64,000 bases of DNA, taken from Octopus vulgaris. Lineage: Eukaryota. Each line of letters opens with the position of its first letter. Within the stretch, counting starts at the first letter, position 1. This document shows positions 51,815 through 64,000 of this stretch, piece after piece. The position numbers were made by a program, and so were the translations under genes. The DNA is taken from positions 91,822,001-91,886,000 of the forward strand of contig OX597820.1 in NCBI GenBank assembly GCA_951406725.2, written 5' to 3'. The notes below the pieces were generated by a model. That model ran no database searches. It was not told where the DNA came from and saw only the letters and a list, made by a program, of their open reading frames with translations.

Positions 51815-54412
51815 TATGATTTCTAGTTGAATACATTTTTAACATATTATCCGAAGCTAATCCAGAAGCTACAGCTAGATAGTTTCGTTCGTACATTTCG
51901 TGGAGATAATTTTAATCTTTCAAAAACCACGGCTCCAACATATTTTAGTCCTTTTTGTATATGATCATGTAGTTAAATCAGAAAGATAACCTGCACGTGT
52001 TTAAACATCTTCATTTTCACGTATAAATATATTTTTGTTTGTATATGTATGCGTCTATTGAGGCCATACATATTCACAGACGTTGTCTTATAGCTTCAAA
52101 TGAAGGAAAATGTCAAGAATGCTGTTGAATATGAATAACTCTATAGCGGATAACTGTAAATAACCAGGTTTTCAAATATTGCAACACGTATGTGAAGTGT
52201 GAAGTTAAACAGCTGTTGACATTCAAATCTTCAAATGTTAATATTCATGACAAAAACGCATTTGTAAATGCCTGTATTGTAAGCCAACTAGTTTACAGAG
52301 AATGCTTTCTCTGCAATTAGGCAATGGCTTACTTGTAAATCAAACAGTGAGGATGGGTATTCAATAAATTTGGAATCAATGTACCCTACTGTGTTTAATG
52401 TGACGTGAAATCCTGTTTGCTTTCTATGCATGCTTCTTGCAAAATGGGCCACATTTTTATGCAGCTATATTACTTCAATTTACAAAACCACATTATATAC
52501 TGACGTTAGAATATATAGTTTTGTCAGTAGTCCTTCAACAGGATGGAAAGGACTGGTGTTTTATGTTTCAGGTATATTACACAAACTTCTTAAAAGTTAG
52601 GACTTGCTGTGCTTTTGCTATGTAAATAGGTTTAATTGTTAATTTTATTTGAAATAATTGATTACCCCTATTTCATTTGTGCGTTATGTTGTATTAACTA
52701 GTGAAGGAATGCATATTTTCAGTAGCTACTGATAACTTGTTAGATCTATTTTACAGTTTCCATAATCAGGGAACAATATCTAACAACAGTTAGAGTAATT
52801 TCTTATTTTTATTGATTTGACCAGAATGTTGGGAGTCTTCTATGAAGTATGAAGCGTATTATCGCTACTTATAGTATATGTTCACTTGAAGTAATTCCTA
52901 AATGCATATTGAAACGAAAGACATAATGTTAGGTACAAGGCATTTAATAATTTAGGGAATACGAATCTCTGCTCTGTGGCAATTGAAATATGACGTCAAA
53001 CGCTTTTTAGAACTATAATCTACTTATCTACAATAGAATTTTCCATAATGCTTTAGCAACATATATATTCCCGTTATTGTGCCTTGAATTTAGTTCGTAC
53101 GAGAGCAAATATACAACAACCACCACATTATTCTGAAATGCTAATCTATATTTTATAGACAGCAGTATTCTTTTTGTATCTAGAGGTCAAAATATGGATT
53201 ATCCTCTACACTGGGAATTTCCATAACGTAAATAATTCTCATTAGATATTGCTGCATCACCAGGTTTTATAATGCACATTTTAAATATCGTATTTTAGGA
53301 TTAATTCATTGGGAACTGTGAGAGGTATTGTGACTGTTAGATCTCAGGAAAAGGAGAGAATAATGACTACACAACTCCCTTATAAATGTATTTCTGAAGT
53401 GAACATTCAACAGAATGCAACTTTTTAAGATACCTCTCAGCGTTTATTCATATATCAATGTTTCAAAGGAGAAAATAAAGCTGCCGGGTATGAAACGCAT
53501 ACTTCAGTTTCCATTCCAAAATTCTATTTAAAGGCGCAAAATTTAGGTCTTACTAACCGTAACCTTTCTCCTTAACGGCATTATTATCAAATGTAGTTGA
53601 AGACATTGTGTTCCATCTGCCTGCTAGATTTGCGAACAATGTTGATGAAATAATGTATTGAAGAAGGGGAATGCGGGGACGGTAACAAATACCACTAGTT
53701 ATGCACTCATAATCACTTGACTTTTGTATAACGTGTCATAGTAGTGAATAGCTTCTCTGAAGATCAGAAACAAAATAAATGTTTCACAAGCGGAAATGTT
53801 GTTAAATGAGGAAATAGATTGTTATGCGGGGTCACGTAGACAATGATAGTGATGGCAATGAAATGATTAGTATAACTGTGTGGTTTATTCTGAAAGAGAC
53901 TGTACAACACTGCCAAATTTTAAACGACCCTCTTTCAGTCTTTTACTTACGTAGTTGTATTCATTCAATTCTCAATACCAATGTATACTTGACCAATACT
54001 TAATATCTCATTCTCGAAAGTATTTAGTGTTTGACTTTGTTTAGACAATAGTTAAGAAGCTATATTCTCTCTTCAAATAGCTCTCTTACCACATTTCCCT
54101 CATCAGTTATTCTATCTTTAAATCTTCACGCATATCAATAAATATACATACACACTGGCAGATACTACACCTACGTAAACACAAAAATAGGCGTCTATAA
54201 CCACAAGCTAACATCGTTAAATCATATTACCACAGGCTGAGGGTAATTTCTTCACGGGAATTCTTTACAAAATGTAGATACATATATAATATAGCAAGCT
54301 CTAAGACCTTCGATTAACTAAGATTATTCAGGTAAACAATAGACAAACAAATTTTTTAAAATCCGAAGGATCTTAAATTCTCGCAAAATAAACGTAAAGG
54401 TAATTCCAATGA

Positions 54413-54666
54413 TGTGGAGGCGCGTGATTTAGTGGTTAAGGTGTCAGCATCATGATCGTAAGATTGTGGTTTCGATTCTTGGACCGGGCGACGCGTTGTG
54501 TTCTTGAGCAAAACACATCATTTCACGTTGCTCCAGTCCACTCAGCTGGCAAAAGTGAGTAACACTGCGATGGACTGGCGTCCCATCAAGCTGCGGAACA
54601 CATACGCCATTGAAACCACGAAACCGGGCCCATGAGCCTGGCTAGGCTTTAAAAGGGCGCCAAAAT
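54413..54666 (+). mobile_element. tRNA-derived SINE with a 10-bp TSD (core shared with family D, different tail)
   Basis: ggaggcgcgtgatttagtggttaagg...ggtttcgattc...ttgagcaaaacac...ccagtccactcagctg...gatggactggcgtccc. TSD attccaatga at 54403-54412 and 54667-54676. Confidence 0.85.
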
Positions 54667-55552
54667 ATTCCAATGACATAAAATCTTCTTTTACTAATGA
54701 CAATGGGGATTGTCATCTGGCTAAACACATCTCTTTAGATAGGAAGCTATTACAAAAAATAGATATGCAATAGTAGTACAAAAAAGATGGCAGTTCCAAG
54801 AGACTAATTACCAACAGTAGTGACAGAAACTACTACTGCTGCTACTAAGGGGTTCCTGTATTTCGCAAGATCGGCTAGCTTGCAGAAAATCTATTTCCGC
54901 CTCTCCAAATTAATCCCGTGGACATGCAAGGCATTTCTCTGTGTGTGTGTGTGTGCCCCTTTCTCCATCTTTCTGTGAGCCTTAGACATTTGAAACGTAA
55001 TTGTTTGCACAATGTAACGAGGACATGAAGTTCAACTCGAATATGGATGCACAAAGGGCAAACAAATGTGTGTCTTTCTCTCTGAAATCGTACCAGAACA
55101 CATTTTCCTTAACATATATGTATGTGGTGCGGTGTGTGTGTTTGTGAGTTTGATGTGTGTGTGTGTGTGTGTGATATGTGTATGCATATACACAAGATGC
55201 AGCAATAGAGAAACAAAACTCAACTCTAATGATAATGCCCAGAGCAGTACTTACAGCCACAACAACAACAAAATGTATAACATTTCATCACTAAGTCAAA
55301 TGAAAAAGATACGAGAACATACGGCCAAAATGCCGCTAAGTATTTTACCCGACGTACAAACAGTACTGCCGGCACGCCACCCTAATAGGAGTTTATACTG
55401 AATGCTGATTAATGCATAAACTGATAATGAACAGTCCGAAATGTAGCTTCAAATACACATGTATATTTCTATAATTTGAAATTCTGACATTCTTACATAC
55501 ATACCTGTGTGTGTATATGTATATATTTATTTATATATATTTATATATGTAT

Positions 55553-55775
55553 ACTCTCTTTTCTCTTTTACTTGTTTCAGTCATTTGACTGCGGCCATGC
55601 TGTCGCACCGCCTTTAGTCGAGCAAATCGACCCCGGGACTTATTCTCTGTAAGCCCAGTACTTACTCTATCGGTCTCTTTTTTGCCGAACCGCTAAGCGA
55701 CGGGGACGTAAACACACAAGCATCGGTTGTTAAGCAATGCTAGGGGGACAGACACAGACACACAAAAGTACACAC

Positions 55776-55822
<47 letters not shown>

Positions 55823-55987
55823 GACAGGCTTCTTTCAGTTTCCGTCTACCAAATCAACTCAGAAGGCATTGGTCGGCCCGGGACTATAGCAGAAGACACT
55901 TTCCCAAGATGCCACGCAGTGGGACTGAACCCGGAACCGTGTGGATGGTTAGCAAGCTACTTACCACACAGCCACTCCTGCGCCTAT
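55553..55987 (-). mobile_element. Full-length family-C tRNA-derived SINE with an internal (TA)n/(CA)n
   Basis: Minus-strand head ataggcgcaggagTGGCTGTGTGGtaagtagc...GGTTCAGTCCc, an internal microsatellite, and a tail ending ...gactgaaacaagtaaaagag. Confidence 0.9.
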
Positions 55988-56012
55988 ATGTATATGTATA
56001 TATATATATATA

Positions 56013-56088
<76 letters not shown>

Positions 56089-56153
56089 ATATACATAACT
56101 ATATATGAATATATAAACATATATATATGACGATATATATATATATATATACG

Positions 56154-56206
<53 letters not shown>

Positions 56207-56271
56207 CTATATCTATATACATACATACATATATATATCATGGCTATAATCAAATGACTGAAACAAGTAAA

Positions 56272-56306
<35 letters not shown>
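55988..56306. repeat. Long (TA)n-rich tract
   Basis: Seen directly. Confidence 0.95.
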
Positions 56307-56308
<2 letters not shown>

Positions 56309-58314
56309 CATAAATTCGAATGAAAGTTGCAGGGGTAAAAGATGGAAAGGCCTTTCGAATTTCAAAAAAGTATATAAGTAGTTCCTACTTAGCAATCTGT
56401 ATCGATCAACACATGGACACATATATCTCACCCAATCGCTAAAGTTTTTGCGTATGACCGTGATTATCATAATGTCAACAAACAACATATGATGTATAAT
56501 AATAATTTCTATGTTAATTTTGTTATCAAATATATTCTATTTTGGGCGTAATGTGATAAGTAATTATTTTAACGAATTTACTCACGATATCCTTTGTCCG
56601 TGCAGATTATATAGCAAACATTTTAATCAATAACTAGATGATTAGATGAGAGAAATTACAATTTCTCGCTCGCTATAATTATCTTAAAAATTTGCTTTCT
56701 TGGGACATTTAATGAAATGATGATTTCAATAACAATATGTCATAATTTAAACGTACAACTAACATAAAATTGTTATAAAAGGCTGTAGCAGCTTTCCTGT
56801 ATAAAGAATCATTTTCAAAAAGACATCTAAGTTTTCTTCATCTTACATATACAATTCTCTCCATAAATACATTCCTTCGTGAATATTAAGCCATGAATAT
56901 AAATATGATCGATATGTCTAGCTGAAGTCTTCGGTAAATGTTGAAGACAAGCAACTCTAAACCTGAGCCAAGATGCTCAAACATTGATTTTTCTCTTCGT
57001 TTTGAGAAGGTTACTGATTTCAATGTTCTTCATTCTCAGTTTAACTGACTGAAGTGAATGGGATATTTCTATTTAAAAATGTTATGTTATTATAACGGAG
57101 AAATCGACACATACTCAATTTTAATTGTATCTAGAATTATCAATATTTTCCCAATAATTCTGTCATACTCTAAGTGCTTGTTTTGTTACTTATGAAATCG
57201 ATAGTTTTAATCAATAGTCGTACAATTATTATCACTTCATTCTAACACCTTATGTGTTGACTTTTTTCTCATTGTTATTGTGGTTTGTGTATTTCTTTCT
57301 CTCAGAACCTTTTTGCTAAACGTATACAATACGGCATCATTCTGATAACTTCTTTTCAGTTCTTCCTTATTCGATGAAAATGTCATTTATTATTAAACAG
57401 TAAATAGGAATTAAAATACAGGCCCGAGGCAATTACTTGATTGTGGGATCTTAATTTAATTCCTATGCCTAATTGCAAGAATATTCTGTTCATAACTTTT
57501 AACTAACTTCATCAGAATTAAACATTAGACAGCTGTATTGTATTTTAGGATCTTTTTGTTTTTGCTTTATAAAACTTCATTATCTGAGGCAGTAAAACCT
57601 CTCATATCAATAGCTATTTACCATTCTTCTGCTGATATTTTCCTTGATGATATTAAGTAGTATGAAATCCAAGTGATTGCATTCGGTTTGGGGTTACCTT
57701 TTAGATATATTAGAATTGATTAATTTCTTTCAATGTTTTCGATAGTTTATAATCTGCTAATGAGACTAATAAAATTCTTATAACTTCTTTGCTACTTCAA
57801 CATGCCGAAGAATATTTTAAAAATCTCTCATCAAAATATTTCCTTTGCAAGATAAATTGACATTTTATGCACTGAAATCATACATCGGAACGTTTATATA
57901 ATTATACGTTAAAATTTGCATGTAGAGTTATTTCCTTTCAAATAAATTCCTCAGACTACTTCTGTGTAATGTCTTTGTTATATGATTCTTATCAATCGTA
58001 CATTTTATAAAAGTACAAGTTGCAATGAAATTAATACTACTTCGCTTGTCAGTAATTGTATTTCATCTTACGCAAGAAATAAATGATAATCCACTTCTAT
58101 GTCTCAAAGATTTTAGTTTTGGTATATTTAGTTGTTGGATGGCACTTGATTGGCAAATTATTTGCTATGTTTGGGCGACATGATTAGTGGTGCTTTGTTA
58201 TGCCATTATACATTTCATGGTTAATTTAAATCGGAGTCAGCATTATATTTCGTCTTGATTGAGTTCGATAAAGTTTATATTGTGACATTGACCCACAAAA
58301 TTGTGGCTATTATT

Positions 58315-58500
58315 TTTCTCTACTCTAGGTACGAGGCCCGAAATTTTGATCGACCCCAGTACTTAATTTATCGACTCCGAAAGGATGACAGTCAAAGTCT
58401 ACCTCGGCAGAATTTGAACTCAGAACGTAAAGGCAGACGAAATAACGCTAACCATTTCGCCCGGCTTGCTAACGTTTCTGCCAGCTCAACGCCTTCAAAG
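58315..58500 (-). mobile_element. Family-A SINE with a 13-bp TSD
   Basis: Reverse complement of the family-A head and body. TSD tgtggctattatt at 58302-58314 and 58501-58513. Confidence 0.85.
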
Positions 58501-58913
58501 TGTGGCTATTATTAGAAAGTGTTTTTCGGTGGGAAAAGATCTAGCAGTAAAATCATTCCAGCCTACCTTAGGCTATTAAGATCGTTGTAATTGACGTGTT
58601 AAAGCATCTAGTCATGTAGCATTGATGAAAGAACACAAAAAGTGAACTCAGGATCCAGTAAAATTGATTCATTCCAAAGAATAAATATGTACTCACTCGA
58701 CAGTATAAGAAATACTGGCCATATTTGTTAAACAATTTGTCTCAACATTTTGAATAAAGTAATTAATGAAGTGGATACATGACAAAGTAAAGTATCATTG
58801 CGCATAAATATTCGTGGAAAATTATGTTTGGTCTCTTGCATGGATTCCAATCTTGTGTTTAAAGGGTATCGAATTCAGCTCTAGCTCTATGAAGCATTTG
58901 CTACGAGTACCTA

Positions 58914-59115
58914 CAAAGTGGTGCTGAAAAGTTTCTATATTTGGGTAAAGGAAATACAGGAGTATCAAATATGATTTTATTCAAAATATTCCACTTTCAC
59001 ATTCACACACCTAATACACAGGACCTTCAACTCTGTAAAAGTACTCTGAAGGTTGGGCCTCCAGCCAAGCCTTTCATGACACACTTAAAACCAGGAACTT
59101 TTCAACACAGTCTCG
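58914..59115. mobile_element. Mariner-type MITE (~200 bp)
   Basis: TA|caaagtggtgctgaaaagtttct ... aggaacttttcaacacagtctcg|TA, imperfect TIRs with a TA duplication. Confidence 0.7.
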
Positions 59116-62100
59116 TAATTTCAACTTCTGCAATAAAAGCCATGTGATAATGAATAAGTTTCGACACGGCCACTTGACCATGTACAAATAGTTGCCAAAT
59201 TACCTTCAAATCATACGCCACTCTTAAGTAAATATGAATATGCCTACTAGTTCCTGATATATAAAAGCAAAGGTCTTTATTAGAACACTATAGTGTTGCT
59301 CTATGGATAAATATCACACGTCTACAAAGCATGACTCGAATATGTTGCCAGTTGTTTGTGGATTGCCCAATATATATTTGAACATAAATTTAATGAGTGA
59401 TGTTTCATTATCGGTCAGTCTTGCGTGAGCAGCCTCAGATTAATGGTGGAAATCTTGCTTGTTTCTTTAACATTCGTTTCTTTTTCTTTTTTTAATTATA
59501 TTCCTTTGGTTATTATGTCCTTCTTTTGATGGGAGTGTGTGATCGAGATAATTTAGCTGATATTTTTAGCAGGTCAATGGAGTGCATACTGACCATCTCC
59601 TTAGCTCTATTAAAATAATACTAGATTAGCATGGAATGAGTAGAACAGTAATAACAACTTAAATGTATCCACGATTTAAGGCATTTAACATGAAGTAAAC
59701 AATATGCACACGTTTTTAAACCAAACAACTTACGAGGAAAAATATATTTCAGTCATTGTCTAATTTTCGTATAAATAATCTGTGACCTACTAAAAAAGCA
59801 TAAATTTGTGGTAGCCACTGTTGGTCAGCGGTATATTGGTAAACAATATGATCATTGAATATTTTACATATTCATCTGCATACAAATTATATCCATCTAC
59901 TTTGTGAGAGATTTCATGTTGAAATTAAAATAATTTACGACAGTTTATATTAAATCTGTCATTGTGCCAGAAATGCTATTGGCATTACGGAAATATGTCA
60001 TTTTCTGAAAAAAGAAACATTTGTTGATTTGAAGTGATTATTGTATTAATTGAAAAAAAAATATTTCTTCAGCAAAATAGTTTTTTTCTAAAATATTAAA
60101 TTCCACATTTTTTACTTCTTTCTATTGACCTTTTATGTCAATTACTGTGTATTTATATCCATATAATACTAATGTATCGAAATATAAATGGTTTCCTTCT
60201 TGGATATATGAATTTAAAATGTGTAAGATAAATTTAGGATTTCCTAGTATTTCACAAGTATTTTCTATCAAAAGAGGTTGATGAACTGTGTTTAGACAGC
60301 AACAGACGGTATATTCATTAGTATGGCACCTCTAGGTATCATAAGAACTGTTGATATATAGACACAAGGGAATGATTCTTGTATTGTCAACGATGATTGA
60401 TTGCAGTTGTAACGAAGATGCATTTGACTAAGGTAACAACTTAACTCTGTACTGAGAGATTACAATTGACGAATATTTCACTAGCTTGTATTGAATTAAA
60501 TTCCCCTCTTAGGAATTAGACATACGATATTTAAACCTCAAATCTAGTGAAATATTGGCTTCACATTCACAAAAAGTTAGGAGATAATTTAACAGACCGT
60601 ATACGTATTAATTACTTATATGTCAAAATAGATAAAAAGCTAGCCTACCCTGATAATGATCTGAAATTATAAGGCTTTATGGAATTTAATTAATGACCAT
60701 ACATTTGGTTCTGCATAGATGCCAAATTCACCTGTATTATTCTTATATTCCAAAACGAAATATCGAACTTAAAAGATATTTTCTAATCCCAATTTCACAG
60801 TACTAGCAACATAAATGTAATACCTTATAAATTGCAAATTATACGTTTATATGTTTCGTTTTGTGCCAGAAGCAAATACATGAATTTAAAAGCTTATTCT
60901 AATTTAAATTTCACAGTACGCGTGGCATAGACTTCACATTATTCCTTTCAATGCATGTCAAAACTAAATAATTCGATTTATATGCTATTTCTAATCTAAA
61001 ATTCACTATAGATTTACCAAATATAATTTTAAGTACTGTATGTACTAAATGATATATATATATATATATTATGTGTTCCATATATATTTCTGGGATATAA
61101 AATGTATTTATTGTATATTGAAGAGAGAATATACGCATAAAGCTATTTCCAAGGGGAGAATTTTGCTACCTGCTTTATACATAGATTTCGCTTCGTTTAA
61201 TTTAATCAGAAAATGATACTGTATCGCAAAAATACTACATGTGAAAAGAAGTGCCTTTAGCTCTCAGTAGTTGCTAACCATCTCCAAGGCTCACGAGTAA
61301 ATCACAATGGTACAATGCTTCCCTTTATAAGGACACAAATGGACATCGCAGGAAGCTATCTGGATGACTGTCACGAGATCAGCCCAGAACTGAGGTTCAA
61401 TTCTATTCTACAGACGTACTCTTTCCCCCAACTTTCCTAACTTATCTTTGCTTCTTGTAGCTGCAAACTTTCATCCCACATCTACCTATGCCCACTTTAC
61501 ATACTCATATGTTATCACAACACATATTGTTCATGCCACCCCTTGTTCTCGCACTTAGTACTACATCCAATTAATCTTCTCCCAGAACATCAGCCATTTG
61601 GAAATTCCTCTCTCTGCATATTTAATTATGAAGCCGTCAATTTCACACGTATCCTTGTGCTTGTTAACAACAGTGCACATTCCCTTTCTCAACACGAATC
61701 ACATAAAGTGCGGTATTAATAAAGATGAATCATGGTTACATGTTTTGTTTTGTTTTTGTTTGTTTGTTTTTGTATATTTTGATATATCAAGACATCCTTC
61801 AAGTCGTACGTGGTGTTCAATACATTTCTATCACTACTTGTTATGATTCAGCTCTAGCAACACGATATCGGTTTTGTGAGCAATACTTTAAGCACATACA
61901 TTCAGACGAGAAAGCAAAATTGTCAGTGCCTTTTATTTTCCTAGTAGAAATGACCATACAGAAAGTGTTATAAAATATTATTTGAAATAATAATGTATTA
62001 TATATTTCGGTCTGAATTCTGTAGGACAAAATCTAAAGCTCATAAAAGTGAAGAAACTATAATAAATTGAACACCTGTTGCATATATGAATATACAAATA

Positions 62101-64000
62101 TGAAGAATTATTTCATATCTGATTTAAAGATTTCGTTATTTTACAGTAACTCATTCATGATATGAAACATATGAGTGACAATTTGGATGCGGTACTGTAT
62201 ATAAATTGGGCATCTTTATAAATTTATTATACGTATTTGTTTGAGTGAATGACTACAAGAGATCTTTTTCTTGATCATGCAAACATGCGACCTCTCGGGA
62301 ACTAAATTATCTAAGTAGGGAGTGACTGAATCATGTACGTGTATCCTAGAATTTGGAATTATTTTAGGTGTGAATATATGCATGCAAAATTGATAAATGT
62401 CTGGTTCATATTTAAGTTGAAATAGCGTTCATAAAAGAAACTATTGAAAACGCATCACTTCATATGTAGCCTGTCTGTAGCAAAATTGTACGAATTTAAT
62501 GCCATGTTTTCCTGCAAGAAGAAATCAGAATTGATAAAATATGATTTTACGTGCTTGAATAAACTGCACGAGTTAGTGATCAGCTAAGGGAGGCGTCATA
62601 GTGACTACTAAGTGTCTCGTTGATACTTCAAATATGCTAAACTGTGGTAAATTTTATCAGATTCATTATGCTCTGTATCTGGCCGTTTATTTGATCATTG
62701 ACCAATTTTTGAGCCTAAAGAATTGATATTTCTGACTACATTATACTAAGACACGTTAAAATAAATATTATAGACATCCGTGCGTAAATATTTACCGGAT
62801 TAAGCTTTGTGGATCTGAGACATATTTACAATTTTGATATTCTAATGCATGCATTTTTAATATGAGATTGACAGAAAATAGATTAGAATTTAAGAAAATA
62901 AAACGATGCGATACGATACTCTAATATAGGAAATATATTATTGGAATTGCTATTTTTTTCTGTAAAGATATCAAGCAAAATACACCCAGTTAATTCTTGA
63001 GAAAATATAAACTAAATAAATTTTTTTTTGTTGTATGTAATAACATATGCGTAAAAAAAGAATTAGTGATTAATAGAACTGACTATCTACATTAAATCTA
63101 CTTAAATATTCATCTGCATTGTATATTTGTATTAAGCAAAGCTACTTTACATATGTACAGGTGTTTGTATTTTAAAAAGAATTTGTAAAAAATAACCATG
63201 TCTAGAATTTCAAATTTAATATTCACGAATGATACACTACATTAAACATTTATAAAAAATATATATATTACAATTAAAGAAATATTCATAAGTATATACC
63301 TATGTGTATTTGTTTGTTTGCTTGCTTGTTTTTTGTTTGTTTGTTTTTTTTGCCTTTGTATACGTGTTTGCGTGTATTTAAACTGCTTAATAACAATCTG
63401 AATAACTCCAAAATGCACAGTATCATTGATTTAAGTATTGCTAAGTTTACGTTATGTTAACAGTGTTCTACAAGCATATACATAAACAGTGTTTAACATT
63501 GTTATTTTATCCAGTTTTGAATGATGCGGAAAGAGGCACTCCTGTTTCTTTCGGCGTTGTATTATGAACAAGATATCAGAATATGAGACTAACTAACTAT
63601 TAAATATGTAAATTTGATTTTTCTGAAACTGGTATTCATCCAATTGTATTTGATTTTTGTTGTAAAATTTAGTTAGGAATCCTAAGCTAGCTATGAATTT
63701 ATATTAAATTATATGTAATACATTTCGTAGAGACACAGGAGACTATCACGGTCTTTAAACGAAGATCTAAAAACTTCTAACAATCAAATTTTCATGCATT
63801 TTGCTGCAGGAATACAACTGTGACAGATAAAAAGAACATTCCATCATTCCTTAATTGAAGTAAATGTTACAATTAAGATAATGAAATGTATTACCCTAGA
63901 TCTTGGTTAAGAAGGGACTGGAAAGACTTAGCGGAACAACTCCATTTACTCCTGCTGAGATGTCACAAGATTCAAAATTTTGTCTCTTCCAGTACTGAGA

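Overview
AT-rich, microsatellite-dense eukaryotic DNA with no recognisable host protein-coding exon, so it is probably intergenic or part of a large intron. The tRNA-derived SINE families, the Penelope-like elements (PLEs) and the (TA)n/(AAT)n/(AGAT)n load resemble an octopus (cephalopod) genome; this is inferred from recalled repeat sequences, with no search run. Content: (i) several PLEs, including a Poseidon/Penelope-type RT+GIY-YIG copy (13.4-14.8 kb) and a decayed near-full-length Neptune-type copy (38.3-41.4 kb), plus several inverted pseudo-LTR (pLTR) remnants with minimal hammerhead ribozyme (HHR) motifs; (ii) a decayed R4/Dong-type non-LTR element (7.8-10.2 kb) with two younger insertions nested in it; (iii) three non-autonomous Helitrons; (iv) a deleted mariner and two Tc1/mariner MITEs; (v) many SINEs from at least four families. 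Two observations stand out. The Neptune-type PLE carries a decayed Ulp1/SENP (C48) SUMO-protease-like domain between its N-terminal domain and RT. The Poseidon-type PLE has a 3' UTR module of tRNA-Ser-like Pol III head + (AAT)n + hammerhead, which also occurs without the ORF, including as a head-to-head palindrome with its own target duplication. Almost all ORFs in the supplied track are microsatellite or SINE artefacts.
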